Positions 1 through 10,575 of a DNA stretch of 59,887 bases are shown here, in pieces. Source of the DNA: Candidatus Enterousia sp. (GTDB lineage Bacteria > Pseudomonadota > Alphaproteobacteria > Rs-D84); the NCBI GenBank assembly GCA_045616625.1, contig JAZLHA010000005.1, forward strand, positions 1 to 59,887, given 5' to 3'. Within the stretch, counting starts at the first letter, position 1. The number at the start of each line of letters is the position of its first letter. Both the position numbers and the translations under genes were made by a program. The notes beneath the pieces are model-generated. The model saw nothing but the letters and a program-made list of their open reading frames with translations. It was not told the origin of the DNA and did no database searches.

Positions 1-138
1 ACGAAGTGAAGCAATCCAGTTATAATAAAGTATAAATACATATTTACTAGATTGGCTGCGGGCGTTATACTCCTGTGCGATGACAAAAGTTGTTGGACAC
101 AGGTTATAAGTCCCTGTTATGGCCTACGCCGGAATGAC
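1..138. repeat. Rickettsia-palindromic-element (RPE/REP)-like repeat, truncated at window start
   Basis: ACGAAGTGAAGCAATCCAGT at 1-20 is identical to 59685-59704. It is followed by degenerate right arms ending ...GCGATGAC and ...GGAATGAC, typical of alphaproteobacterial GTCATTGCG/CGCAATGAC palindromic elements. Confidence 0.6.
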
Positions 139-173
139 AAAAAGAAAACAATAATGTACTATCTAACAGAAGT

Positions 174-785
174 TTATTTACTTGCTTTATATTTCCGCAT
201 GCCGGTTTTGCTATCAATCCATACTTGCTCGTCGGCAATATCCATAATTGGTTTGTCGGAATTACTATCGGAATATGCACGCACAATATGTGGAATATAT
301 TTATGTTCACGCGCCCAATTATCTAATGCAATAACTTTGTTTTTTCCATAGCATAAAAATTTATATTTCCATGGTTTGTCTTTATACATTTGTGATGTAA
401 GAATCGCATCAAATTTTATATCGCGCACTAAATCTGGAATTAAATAATCAGGACTCGCCGAAATTAAAATGACTAAATTCCCAGCGTCTTGTTCTTTTTT
501 TATGTGCTCTTTGGCCCAGCCAAAACGATTCGTTTTGTGATATTTAATAAATTCGGACTTAAATTTTTTTACCATATTGTTTGTTGTAAAACGGCGACAC
601 ATTTGGCGCCACCAAACACCAGCACGATTAAACATGCGACACAATGTAAATATTCCGATCAATGGCAGGTATGGCCAAATACGCCAATCATGCTTAAAAC
701 ACCAAAGACCAAATGCATAATTCGTGTCTGGCCACGATATCGTTCCGTCAAAATCAAAAACAACAACATTTACTTTTTTTAACAT
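174..785 (-). CDS. HAD-IB family phosphatase (YfhB/PgpC-like)
   Basis: Motif I VFDFDGT, motif II ISASP, motif IV AYSDSNSD. Confidence 0.8.
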   Translation of the reverse strand: MLKKVNVVVFDFDGTISWPDTNYAFGLWCFKHDWRIWPYLPLIGIFTLCRMFNRAGVWWRQMCRRFTTNNMVKKFKSEFIKYHKTNRFGWAKEHIKKEQDAGNLVILISASPDYLIPDLVRDIKFDAILTSQMYKDKPWKYKFLCYGKNKVIALDNWAREHKYIPHIVRAYSDSNSDKPIMDIADEQVWIDSKTGMRKYKASK

Positions 786-794
786 TTTTTATCC

Positions 795-1667
795 TTAATC
801 AAAATTCATATCACGTATTTTTTCAGCCCTGGGCGTAATTTTACCAATGGATGTTTGAATCTGTTCAATGTCTGCATTCGTTTGATTAAAATGCCGCCCC
901 AGGTTGTCTGTGCGTTCCGCCAAACGTGATAAGTCGGTAAGCAATGCGTCCAGTTCTTTCTTTATCTGACCCGCAACGCGTTTGATTTTTATGTCGGACA
1001 ATACCGCACGCACAGTGTTTAATGTTGCCCATAATGTAGATGGTGAAACAATAAATACTTTTTTACGTGCGCCATAATCCACCGTCTTTGGAAAATCACG
1101 ATGCAATGTTTCAAATATAGATTCTGATGCAATAAACATCATCGCAGATTCAGCCGTCACACCGGCGATGATATATTTTTCTGCGATTGCATCGATGTGT
1201 TTTCTGACATCCAATTCAAATTGCTTTTTTGCGCCGTCGTCGTTCTTGTTTTCGCACATACGATTATATGATTCTAATGGAAATTTAGAATCTATTATCA
1301 TGTCGCCCGGTGGATACGGCAGTCGAATAATACAATCAGGTCGCACCCCTGTTTCCATTACACGCTGAAAATCATAAGATTCTGGGGGCATAATGTCTGC
1401 AACCAAATCTTCCAATTGTCTTTCACCGAAAGAACCACGTGCCTGTTTGTTTCCCATTAAAATATCTTTGAAATTAGCAATGTCGGCGCTGATAGTACGC
1501 AATTCATTGGCGTTTTGGCTAAGCGCACCCAGGCGCGTTGCCAATGCTTCACGCAGGCGGGTATTATCTTCGCGAATGCTTGATAAATCAACTTTTTGAT
1601 GCCTGCACAATATCGCAACCAGTAAAATAATTATAATTCCTAATAAAATGAAAATATAAGTTGTCAT
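795..1667 (-). CDS. rmuC: DNA recombination protein RmuC
   Basis: N-terminal TM and coiled coil, ARGSFGERQL, RPDCII..IIDSKFPL, MFIASESIF, VSPSTL motifs; start taken at MTTYIF. Confidence 0.9.
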   Translation of the reverse strand: MTTYIFILLGIIIILLVAILCRHQKVDLSSIREDNTRLREALATRLGALSQNANELRTISADIANFKDILMGNKQARGSFGERQLEDLVADIMPPESYDFQRVMETGVRPDCIIRLPYPPGDMIIDSKFPLESYNRMCENKNDDGAKKQFELDVRKHIDAIAEKYIIAGVTAESAMMFIASESIFETLHRDFPKTVDYGARKKVFIVSPSTLWATLNTVRAVLSDIKIKRVAGQIKKELDALLTDLSRLAERTDNLGRHFNQTNADIEQIQTSIGKITPRAEKIRDMNFD

Positions 1668-1711
1668 TCCAGATTCCTTTGATACAATCGTATTATAAAG
1701 GGCTAAAAGCA

Positions 1712-2212
1712 ATGTTGCAAATGAAACTTTGTGGCGATTTGGTTTTGCGGACCAAATGTGACGCTGTTGAAAATATAGATAAAGAATTGTTGGACACCAT
1801 GAATGAAATGGTGGATATGATGCGTGCGCAAAACGGTGTTGGTTTGGCCGCCCCCCAGGTTGGAATATTAAAACGTTTTCTGGTTATGATGGATCCAGAA
1901 TCTGAACAGATTTTTAAAATGATAAACCCTGAAATCGTATCACACAGTGATAATACCTGTGTTATGGAAGAAGGATGTTTATCTGTATTGGGTTCTGACG
2001 GATTGCCGGTATATTCAAATGTCGTGCGTCCTGAAAGTGTTGTTGTGAAATGGACTGATGAAAACGGTAAAGAATTACAGGCGGAAATGTCGGGCGTTCC
2101 GGCGCGTATTGTTCAACATGAAACAGATCACTTGGACGGGATATTGTTTGTTGATTATTTACCATCGGTTAGACGTGAAATGCTTATGCGCAAAGTGCGG
2201 AGGAAAAAGTAA
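1712..2212 (+). CDS. def: peptide deformylase
   Basis: GVGLAAPQVG, EGCLS, QHETDHLDG motifs. Confidence 0.97.
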   Translation: MLQMKLCGDLVLRTKCDAVENIDKELLDTMNEMVDMMRAQNGVGLAAPQVGILKRFLVMMDPESEQIFKMINPEIVSHSDNTCVMEEGCLSVLGSDGLPVYSNVVRPESVVVKWTDENGKELQAEMSGVPARIVQHETDHLDGILFVDYLPSVRREMLMRKVRRKK

Positions 2213-3021
2213 TGTCAAAATTGATACTGATGGGAACAAATGATTTTGTTGTGCCTGTATTTGATGCATTAAAAAACAAGCACGAAATTTTGGCGGTATA
2301 TACCCGCGCACCAAAACCTATTGGTCGAAAACATATTTTAACTCGCTCACCCGTACACGTTTGGGCGGACGAAAATAATATTCCTGTGCATACTTCTATT
2401 CGTGAATATGAAAATGTCGGTGCAGATTATATCGTTGTAATGTCTTATGGTGTGATATTGCGTGATAATGTTCTTGATTCTGCGCATTGCATAAATATTC
2501 ACCCGAGTTCGCTACCCAAATATCGTGGGCCATCACCAATTAGAACGGCTATATTTAATGGCGACGATAATTTAGATGTCTGTTTGATGACTATGACGAC
2601 TGAAATGGATGCGGGCGATGTTTTGTTGCGTAAAAATATTAAAATAGGCGAAAACGATACTAATAAAATTGTTGAACATAATGTGTCACTTGCCGCCATA
2701 GATGTATTAGATCAATTCTTGGAATCACCAAATGATTTTACTGGTGTTCCGCAGACTGGTACACCAACATTTACACGTAAATTTACTGGTGACGATGAAA
2801 TAATTGATTGGAACAAAAATGCTCGTCAGATTCATAATCAAATTAGGGCGTTGGGGGCGGGTCGCACAAAAATAAATGGGATGGATGTAAAAATCCTTGA
2901 AACGCGCGTAAACAATGGTATCTTGGATATTGTTCGTCTGCAACCGGCGGGTAAAAAACCAATGGATTGGAAGAGTTTTGTAAATGGTCTGCATGGTGCA
3001 AAAATAGAAATAGGAAAATAA
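2212..3021 (+). CDS. fmt: methionyl-tRNA formyltransferase
   Basis: NIHPSSLPKYRGPSPI motif, follows def. Confidence 0.95.
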   Translation: MSKLILMGTNDFVVPVFDALKNKHEILAVYTRAPKPIGRKHILTRSPVHVWADENNIPVHTSIREYENVGADYIVVMSYGVILRDNVLDSAHCINIHPSSLPKYRGPSPIRTAIFNGDDNLDVCLMTMTTEMDAGDVLLRKNIKIGENDTNKIVEHNVSLAAIDVLDQFLESPNDFTGVPQTGTPTFTRKFTGDDEIIDWNKNARQIHNQIRALGAGRTKINGMDVKILETRVNNGILDIVRLQPAGKKPMDWKSFVNGLHGAKIEIGK

Positions 3022-3022
3022 A

Positions 3023-3217
3023 ATGGCAGAATTTAAATGTGATAGTTGTTTAGTACATTGCAATGCAACTGTTAATGATTTTAATGTGGTAATAAAATGG
3101 TGTCCTTGTGTTAAATGCTTAGGTTATCAAACAGAAAATTGTCCACACCAAGATAAGGATAAATCAATTGCAGAATTAGTAAAAATTCAGTGCTCAAATT
3201 GTTATTGTAGAAAATGA
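3023..3217 (+). CDS. small Cys-rich hypothetical protein (64 aa, 10 Cys)
   Basis: Fills the fmt-truA gap exactly; its stop overlaps the truA start (ATGA). Confidence 0.7.
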   Translation: MAEFKCDSCLVHCNATVNDFNVVIKWCPCVKCLGYQTENCPHQDKDKSIAELVKIQCSNCYCRK

Positions 3218-3957
3218 CGCGTTATAAAGTAATTCTTGAATATAATGGTACAGATTTAATAGGGTGGCAGAAAAACGCTCAGGGACCGTCGGTACAATCT
3301 TTGCTAACAGACGCTATTTATAATTTCTGTGGTGAAACGGTTGATGTGACTGGTGCAGGTCGTACAGATTCCGGTGTTCATGCAATTGCAATGTGTGCGC
3401 ATTTTGATTTGGAAAAATCACCAGATGCAAATACTGTGATGCGGGCATTAAATTTTTATTTAAATGACAAGCCTGTATCTGTCCTTGATTGTGAAATAGT
3501 TGATGATGATTTTAATGCGCGTTTTTCATGTGTCGCACGACATTACAAATATGTTGTGTTAAATCGTAATGCCAAACCTGTTTTGGATAATAATCGTGTT
3601 TGGTGGGTTCCGCGTAAATTAAATATTGATGCAATGCGTAATGCCGGACAAAAGTTGGTTGGTAAGCATGACTTTACATCTTTTCGTTCCATAGAGTGCC
3701 AGGCAAAAAGCCCAATTAAAACACTTGATGTTTGCAATATAACACAAAATGGTGATGAAATAATTTTTGAATTTTCTGCGCGTTCTTTCCTGCATCACCA
3801 GGTAAGAAATATGGTTGGAACTTTGGTTGAAATTGGACTTGGTAAACCATACGATATTGATAAAATTTTTGAAGCGAAAAATCGTAGTGCTGCAGGTCCA
3901 ACCGCGCCAGCATCAGGACTATTTTTTGTTAAGGCATCTTATGCCACAGGCGATTAG
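3214..3957 (+). CDS. truA: tRNA pseudouridine(38-40) synthase
   Basis: GAGRTDSGVHA, HDFTSFR, FLHHQVRNMVG motifs. Confidence 0.97.
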   Translation: MTRYKVILEYNGTDLIGWQKNAQGPSVQSLLTDAIYNFCGETVDVTGAGRTDSGVHAIAMCAHFDLEKSPDANTVMRALNFYLNDKPVSVLDCEIVDDDFNARFSCVARHYKYVVLNRNAKPVLDNNRVWWVPRKLNIDAMRNAGQKLVGKHDFTSFRSIECQAKSPIKTLDVCNITQNGDEIIFEFSARSFLHHQVRNMVGTLVEIGLGKPYDIDKIFEAKNRSAAGPTAPASGLFFVKASYATGD

Positions 3958-5872
3958 TTTGGGTATATTTTATTTTTCCAGATTTGTAAATTACAAAGCC
4001 GTTTTTTAAGAGTTTGTTTGGACATATGGGCGATTGAATATCAAAATATGATACAATATAATCTATGGAATTATCACGACACAGTGAATTAAAATGCTTT
4101 TGCAGTGGAACAAATTTCTGAATATATACGATTGTAAATTTATCTGATTTATATAAACATAATCCGTCTGGACATTTGCGACGAATGTTTTTGTCTGATG
4201 GGGCCTCAGTATTTAATTGTCTAAAAGTATTAAACGCAAAATAATGATTAGATGCGCGTGCTTTATTAAATTCTAATTTTCCATTATATACCATACCAAT
4301 TAGTTCGTGATCGGGGGTGATAAAGAAAACTGGTTTTGGGGTGATTATCACAATACTAATTCCGATAAATATAAATATGGATGCAATCAAATAATTTATA
4401 TTGCGCAAAACCCAAGTCTTAGATTTTTTGTCGGGAATAATAAATATCAAACTAAATAATCCAAATACAATTATAGATAATGCGTTGGATGATATGTGTG
4501 GCATAGTGATAGTTGCGTGTGGCAGGTTTGAAATATATTCTGCAATTGATAAACTGTACAGATAAACAGTATTTGTAAAATCTAGTAATATATTAAATCC
4601 AAACATAGATAAAATAGTTCCAATCATAACAATTGGCATTATTACAAATGAAAATATCGGAACTAAAATTAAATTGCCCAATAAAGAATACAATGGAACA
4701 CTATTAAAATGTGCCATAATAAATGGTAGTGTAAATAATGTCGCAATAATAGTTGTGAGGGTCGCAACATATATTCCATGTAAAATTTTATTGTGTTCTT
4801 CATCTTGGATAAATGCTGATTTATTATCACGATTCCAATACCATATAATTCCGAATATTGCGGCAAAAGATAATTGGAAACCTGCATGAACAACAAAATA
4901 CGGATTAAAAAGAATTATTGCTAAAAATGCTAAACATACATTACGCAGTGATATAGCATTGCGTCCGAATAAAATTGCTGTGAACATTAAAGAAGCCATT
5001 AAAAACGCGCGCAAAGTTGCAACACCAAATCCAGATATTGCTAAATACGAACCTAATCCAATCCATGCGCAAATTGTTGCTGGTATGCGTGCAGGAATTC
5101 TTTTTGTAATGTATCCAACACAACGAAATATAGAATAAAATATAATAAACAACCATCCACCAACGAGTGTCATATGAAAACCACTAATTGACCAAATGTG
5201 TGCAATACCTGCATTTGTCCATGTTTGTTTTTCAGATTCTGATAATGCATTTTTATAACCTAATACCAACGCATCAACTAATTTTGAATTTGTGGTATTG
5301 TGTAAATTTGTACGAATGTTATTTTTCGTATTCGTTGATATTGTGTTATATTCAGAAATAAAACCAGTTGCACTAAGGTGATTAAAATATGCCCAACGCG
5401 AATAATCAAATGTGTCGGGTGCTTCTTGCGACGATGGTGGAAAGATATTTGCAATTATATGGGCCTTGTCACCAATGGAAATGTTTTGAACGCCTTGGGG
5501 CAGGTTCAGGCGGACTTTGGTAGGTGTGCCATCAATATCAATTTGTGCAATTATTCTGGTTTTGTCGGATGTATAATCAATATCTTGGACAATCGCATCT
5601 GTTTCATAGTCACGCAGGTCATATTGTAAAATAGGGGTGTTTATTAAATGTGTAAACATTGCCGCATATACAAAACCAAATAGAAATGTGAAAATTGTGC
5701 GTATAAATTTCGGCACATATTTAGATAATGCGATTATTGCGATACAAACTGTGGATAAAATCGGAGCAGTAATTACTGGTTCGGTTGGAACGGTAAAATA
5801 AGTTGCCATACCAAACGCAATTATAACAGGGATCCAATACCAAAAATTTTGATTTTTCCAAAACTGTGTCAT
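3929..5872 (-). CDS. comEC: ComEC/Rec2 competence channel protein
   Basis: Multi-TM protein with GIAHIWSISGFHM, ATLRAFLM, GFQLSFAA; no obvious C-terminal metallo-beta-lactamase motif. Confidence 0.9.
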   Translation of the reverse strand: MTQFWKNQNFWYWIPVIIAFGMATYFTVPTEPVITAPILSTVCIAIIALSKYVPKFIRTIFTFLFGFVYAAMFTHLINTPILQYDLRDYETDAIVQDIDYTSDKTRIIAQIDIDGTPTKVRLNLPQGVQNISIGDKAHIIANIFPPSSQEAPDTFDYSRWAYFNHLSATGFISEYNTISTNTKNNIRTNLHNTTNSKLVDALVLGYKNALSESEKQTWTNAGIAHIWSISGFHMTLVGGWLFIIFYSIFRCVGYITKRIPARIPATICAWIGLGSYLAISGFGVATLRAFLMASLMFTAILFGRNAISLRNVCLAFLAIILFNPYFVVHAGFQLSFAAIFGIIWYWNRDNKSAFIQDEEHNKILHGIYVATLTTIIATLFTLPFIMAHFNSVPLYSLLGNLILVPIFSFVIMPIVMIGTILSMFGFNILLDFTNTVYLYSLSIAEYISNLPHATITMPHISSNALSIIVFGLFSLIFIIPDKKSKTWVLRNINYLIASIFIFIGISIVIITPKPVFFITPDHELIGMVYNGKLEFNKARASNHYFAFNTFRQLNTEAPSDKNIRRKCPDGLCLYKSDKFTIVYIQKFVPLQKHFNSLCRDNSIDYIVSYFDIQSPICPNKLLKNGFVIYKSGKIKYTQTNRLWHKMP

Positions 5873-5913
5873 ACAAAAAGTATAGGAATTAAAATGATAT
5901 TCGGTCAAGTGGC

Positions 5914-6228
5914 TTATTCGCCGAAAATAAAATCAGAATTGACGGTCAGTTTTATAAGTTCGTCATTATTGTCGTTTTCAGAACTATGCTGACGTTTAAT
6001 CTTCCCACACTTTTGGCATTTGTGGGTAATTATAAAACCGTTTTTATCAGGAATTGCAGATACAGGTTCCATCATACCCAAACATTCTGACGCGCGGTCG
6101 CCCGGATTGTTGTCAACATGACGTGACCACAGGCAATTTGGACAATGGTTTGTATAACCATTTCCATGAACAACTGCGCCACAATGGGCGCAGTTAAAAT
6201 CTTCAACATTTTTTGTAAATGTTTTCAT
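5914..6228 (-). CDS. RNHCP-domain zinc-binding protein
   Basis: F-x-C-x2-CG...TNHCPNCLWSRHVD...PGDRAS...HKCQKCG. Confidence 0.85.
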   Translation of the reverse strand: MKTFTKNVEDFNCAHCGAVVHGNGYTNHCPNCLWSRHVDNNPGDRASECLGMMEPVSAIPDKNGFIITHKCQKCGKIKRQHSSENDNNDELIKLTVNSDFIFGE

Positions 6229-6231
6229 AAA

Positions 6232-6480
6232 TTAAATACCCAATGCGTTGCGATACATTTGTGTCAATTCGTCTGCTTCATCCAGTTCATCCGGATCCAA
6301 TTTACGCAACCGTATCATTTGGCGAATATATTTTGGATCAAAACCTGCGGATTTAGCCTCGCTATAAATTTCCTTTATATCTGCGGCGATAGCGGCAGTT
6401 TCTTCATTTAATTTTTCAATACGTTCAATAATGCTAAGCAGTTGTGTATTATCAATTGCACCGTGATTTGCATTTTTCAT
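6232..6480 (-). CDS. gapR: DUF2312/GapR-like nucleoid-associated protein
   Basis: QLLSIIERIEKLNEE..DIKEIYSEAKSAGFD..IIRLRK pattern; next to pyk as in other alphaproteobacteria. Confidence 0.85.
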   Translation of the reverse strand: MKNANHGAIDNTQLLSIIERIEKLNEETAAIAADIKEIYSEAKSAGFDPKYIRQMIRLRKLDPDELDEADELTQMYRNALGI

Positions 6481-6563
6481 GTTTGTTTTCCCCTTGTTTA
6501 TTTCACGATAATATGATATACAATAAATCATAAAAATCAAGAGCAGAGAGAATATAAAAACAA

Positions 6564-7934
6564 ATGCAAAAATTTACAAAGATTACGGCGTCTATTGGTC
6601 CGCGTTCATCAGATGAAAACACTTTAATGAATATGATGAATTCTGGCGCGTGTGCGTTTCGCCTGAATTTTAGTCATGATACTGGCGATGTCCAGGGGGC
6701 CAAGATAGATACGATTCGCGCGTTGTCCAAAAAGTTAAATATGCCGGTCGCGATAATTGTTGACCTACAGGGACCAAAACACAGAATTGGTGATTTTGCA
6801 ACGGACGAGAAATATAAATTAAAGATTGGACAACAGTTTACTTTTGATACTGATTCAAAGCCTGGAAATCTGGCGCGCGTTTGTTTACCACATCCTGATG
6901 TGATTGCATCTTTACATGTTGGCGATAGAATTTTGCTTAATGATGGTAAGTTGGAAATGCGTGTTGATAAGGTTGCAAAAAATCGTGTTGATACAACCGT
7001 TGTTCGTGGCGATGAAATTTGGTCGCGTCGTGGATTTAATTTACCTGATACTTTGATAGATACACCGATTTTGACAGATAAAGATAAGCAAGATTTAGAA
7101 TATGCAATTACAAAAAATCCTGATTATGTCGCGGTTAGTTTTGTGCAAAGACCAACTGATATTGAATCTGTGCGTGATTTTATTCTCGCCAGAACATCGC
7201 ATCCAATAAAAATAATTGCCAAAATAGAACGTCCCCAGGCTGTGGATAGACTGGCTGATATTATTTCTGTATCTGACGCGATAATGATTGCACGTGGTGA
7301 TTTGGCGGTTGAAATGCCGTTTGAACAGGTTCCATCTGTATCCAGAAAAATTATCAGAATGTGTAGAGTAGCGAACAGGCCTGTGATTATGGCGACACAA
7401 ATGTTGGCATCTATGGTTGATAACGAATTTCCAACGCGTGCTGAAATTTCAGATGTTGCGACATCTGCGTATCTGCGTGTTGATTCAACCATGACATCCG
7501 AAGAAACAACTGTCGGTATGAATCCAGTAAATACAATAAATGTTATGGGGCGTATTTTATCTTATGCAGATATGGATACAATTATAAATCCATACGATTG
7601 GTCGCGTATTGATAATGTTCCAGAAAACGATTGGTCGCGTTCTGTATCATCTATGGCACATTTGAACAAGGCGGCCGCTATCGTTGTTTTTGATAGGGAC
7701 GGTCAAATGACAACTGAAATATCTTGTCGTCGTCCAGATGTTCCAATAATTGCGATTTGTAATAATGAAGTAATCGCAAATCAATTATGTTTGTCGCGTG
7801 GTGTATATCCAATCTATAATCCTGAGATGTTTGGTATGCGTGATGCATTTGCTGCGGTTCGTGCATTCGGCATAACATACGGCGATATAGTAATCGCCGA
7901 TGATAGAAAAATTAGCCTGCGAACATTGATTTAA
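6564..7934 (+). CDS. pyk: pyruvate kinase
   Basis: RLNFSH, DLQGPK, IIAKIE, IMIARGDL, ATQML, PTRAE motifs. Confidence 0.95.
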   Translation: MQKFTKITASIGPRSSDENTLMNMMNSGACAFRLNFSHDTGDVQGAKIDTIRALSKKLNMPVAIIVDLQGPKHRIGDFATDEKYKLKIGQQFTFDTDSKPGNLARVCLPHPDVIASLHVGDRILLNDGKLEMRVDKVAKNRVDTTVVRGDEIWSRRGFNLPDTLIDTPILTDKDKQDLEYAITKNPDYVAVSFVQRPTDIESVRDFILARTSHPIKIIAKIERPQAVDRLADIISVSDAIMIARGDLAVEMPFEQVPSVSRKIIRMCRVANRPVIMATQMLASMVDNEFPTRAEISDVATSAYLRVDSTMTSEETTVGMNPVNTINVMGRILSYADMDTIINPYDWSRIDNVPENDWSRSVSSMAHLNKAAAIVVFDRDGQMTTEISCRRPDVPIIAICNNEVIANQLCLSRGVYPIYNPEMFGMRDAFAAVRAFGITYGDIVIADDRKISLRTLI

Positions 7935-7979
7935 TAATTTATTGACCTGGGTTAGTGTTTTTTACTAACCTAAACAAAT

Positions 7980-9092
7980 ATGAGGAAGTTATTCGTTTTT
8001 TTGTCTATGTTTTTGTTTTGTGCGACCGTCTATGCGGGTGGATATCGTGCAGCGTTGGTTGCAGATATGGATAGTGGCGAAGTATTATATTCTGAAAACG
8101 CAAATACCGCTAATTACCCAGCGAGTTTGACCAAGATAATGACTCTGTATTTAACTTTTGATGCGTTGGAACATGGGCGACTTCGTTTGGATGATTATTT
8201 AATTGTATCCAAGATTGCGGCAAATGCAGAACCAGTAAAACTTGGGATTAGTGCCGGCAGTAAAATCAGTGTAGAAGATGCTATCAAGGCGGTAGCGGTG
8301 CTTAGTGCTAATGATGTTGCACGCGTGTTGGCTGAAAACCTGCAGGGGGGTAAAGAGGGTAATTTTGCAGAGTTAATGACCCGTGTTGCACGCCAGATTG
8401 GTCTTAGCAATGTGACAAATTTTGAAAATTCATCTGGTCTGCCTAATGATGATCATATGTCCACCGCGCGTGATATTGCTCTGTTGTCGGTTGCTATATA
8501 TCGTCATTTCCCACAATATTGGAAATACTTTGGGATAAAAACTTGGACATTTGGTGGTAAAACATATACAAACGGAAATCGGTTGCTGGGAACTTATCCT
8601 GGGTGCGATGGTATGAAGACCGGATATACAAACAAATCGCGTTATTCGTTGGTCGCAACTGCAAGTCGTGACAATCGTCATTTGGTTGCGGTGGTGTTGG
8701 GTGCTGATGACAAGGATATACGCGCATCGGTCGCAACAAATATGTTGAACAAGGGTTTTAAAATGTCTGGGGTGGATGTATCTAGCGCACCACAAAAAAC
8801 ATACGCAATAACCGAATCTAATCCAATGGCAAAATATGCAACAGACGTGCCAAAATCAAAACCGGTTGTGTCGTCTGGAAATGCTGGTGTTCAGTTTGGT
8901 GCGTTTTCTACGCGTGATAGTGCTTTGACCCAGGTTAAAAATGTTCAATCAAAATTGGGTGTGTCGCCAACAATTGAACAGGCATCAAATGGATTATATC
9001 GTGTGCGTTTAACGGGACTTTCTGAATCATCCGCACAAACAATAAAAAATAAAGCATCTGCGAACGGTATTGATAGTTATGTTTTTCATTAA
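7980..9092 (+). CDS. D-alanyl-D-alanine carboxypeptidase (S11) with C-terminal SPOR domain
   Basis: PASLTK (SxxK), SAN, KTG motifs; C-terminal VQFGAF...YRVRL SPOR signature; signal peptide. Confidence 0.9.
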   Translation: MRKLFVFLSMFLFCATVYAGGYRAALVADMDSGEVLYSENANTANYPASLTKIMTLYLTFDALEHGRLRLDDYLIVSKIAANAEPVKLGISAGSKISVEDAIKAVAVLSANDVARVLAENLQGGKEGNFAELMTRVARQIGLSNVTNFENSSGLPNDDHMSTARDIALLSVAIYRHFPQYWKYFGIKTWTFGGKTYTNGNRLLGTYPGCDGMKTGYTNKSRYSLVATASRDNRHLVAVVLGADDKDIRASVATNMLNKGFKMSGVDVSSAPQKTYAITESNPMAKYATDVPKSKPVVSSGNAGVQFGAFSTRDSALTQVKNVQSKLGVSPTIEQASNGLYRVRLTGLSESSAQTIKNKASANGIDSYVFH

Positions 9093-9102
9093 GGTTTAAT
9101 AG

Positions 9103-9696
9103 ATGAATTCACAAATTGAAAAATTGATAAAGATGTTTGCAAAATTACCACGCGTAGGTTCGCGTGCAGCACAACGTATTGTGTTGGCACTCTTGCAGGA
9201 TAAAACAGGTCGCGCTAATATCCTCGCACAAACACTTTCTGATACGGCGTCGTGTATTCATCCGTGTAAAAATTGTGGTGTTTTGACTGATAAAGATACA
9301 TGTGATTTTTGTAATTCGTCTGAACGTGCAAATGGTCAGTTATGCGTTGTGCGTGATATGGCGGATGTTTGGGTTATTGAAAAGTCTGGATTTTATTCTG
9401 GGCGTTATCATATAACGGGTGGTGTTATTTCTGGAACAAATGGTACTATGCCGGATGATTTGAATATCGCACCAATTATGTCGCGCGTAAACCAAGAAAA
9501 CATAAATGAAATTATTTTTGCATTGCCCAATACTATTGAGGGTAAAACAACGCAAAGCTATATTATGTCGGTTGTTGGAAGTGATTCTGGGATTACGTTT
9601 TCTGAACTTGCATCGGGAATGCCACTGGGGGGTGACCTTGATTATATTGATGATGGAACATTGACTTTGGCATTTGGGGGGCGTAAAAAATTATGA
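9103..9696 (+). CDS. recR: recombination mediator RecR
   Basis: LPRVGSRAAQR HhH, C4 zinc finger, TOPRIM, GMPLGGDLDYID. Confidence 0.95.
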   Translation: MNSQIEKLIKMFAKLPRVGSRAAQRIVLALLQDKTGRANILAQTLSDTASCIHPCKNCGVLTDKDTCDFCNSSERANGQLCVVRDMADVWVIEKSGFYSGRYHITGGVISGTNGTMPDDLNIAPIMSRVNQENINEIIFALPNTIEGKTTQSYIMSVVGSDSGITFSELASGMPLGGDLDYIDDGTLTLAFGGRKKL

Positions 9697-10526
9697 CTGA
9701 TATGATTGCGTCTTTACCGCCGGTATCAACGATGATGCGTGATGCAGGGATGGAACCCAAGAAACAATTTGGACAGAATTTTTTGTTTGATTTAAATTTA
9801 ACTGGTCGTATTGCACGCAGTGTCCCAGATATAAAAAATACAACGGTCATAGAGGTTGGACCGGGACCCGCTGGCCTAACACGTGCGTTGTTATTGGCGG
9901 GGGCAGAGCGCGTTATCGCAATAGAAAAAGATAAAACAACTGAACCAATTTTATCAAAAGTTGTTGACGCATCAAATGGTCGTCTGGCTGTTATTTATGG
10001 TGATGCGTTAAAAGTTGATTTTACAGAATTTGGAATCGACGAATATGCACTGTGTTCTAATTTGCCGTATAATGTTGGAACAGAATTGTTAATAAATTGG
10101 TTGCATATTATTGCACAAAATAAAAAGCCAAAAATAAAATCTATGACATTGATGTTTCAGCGTGAGGTTGCAGAAAGAATCGTAGCAAACGTTGGTGATA
10201 AACAATACGGACGACTTTCGGTTTTAACATCGCTTGTTGCCGATGCAAAAATTTTATTTAATGTTCCGAATACTGCATTCGTACCAAGCCCCAAGGTTCA
10301 ATCGGCGGTTGTTCAAATTATTCCGAATGAAAATAAAGTAAAAAATTTAGGCGATATAAATAAAATTGAAAAACTAACTGCAAAATTATTTTCCGGGCGT
10401 CGTAAAATGATACGCGGAATAATGCGTGATATTGATTGGAATATGTACGGTTTATCCGGAACAGAACGTGCAGAAAATATTTCGGCTGAAAAATTTTTAG
10501 AAATATCAAAAAATATATTGATATAG
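9693..10526 (+). CDS. rsmA: 16S rRNA m6,2A dimethyltransferase KsgA/RsmA
   Basis: GQNFL, EVGPGPAGLT, NLPYN, MFQREVAERI. Confidence 0.95.
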   Translation: MTDMIASLPPVSTMMRDAGMEPKKQFGQNFLFDLNLTGRIARSVPDIKNTTVIEVGPGPAGLTRALLLAGAERVIAIEKDKTTEPILSKVVDASNGRLAVIYGDALKVDFTEFGIDEYALCSNLPYNVGTELLINWLHIIAQNKKPKIKSMTLMFQREVAERIVANVGDKQYGRLSVLTSLVADAKILFNVPNTAFVPSPKVQSAVVQIIPNENKVKNLGDINKIEKLTAKLFSGRRKMIRGIMRDIDWNMYGLSGTERAENISAEKFLEISKNILI

Positions 10527-10575
10527 AATTTCTTTTTGTGCAATAGTGTAATAGACAGAGGAGAGAGAGTACCAT

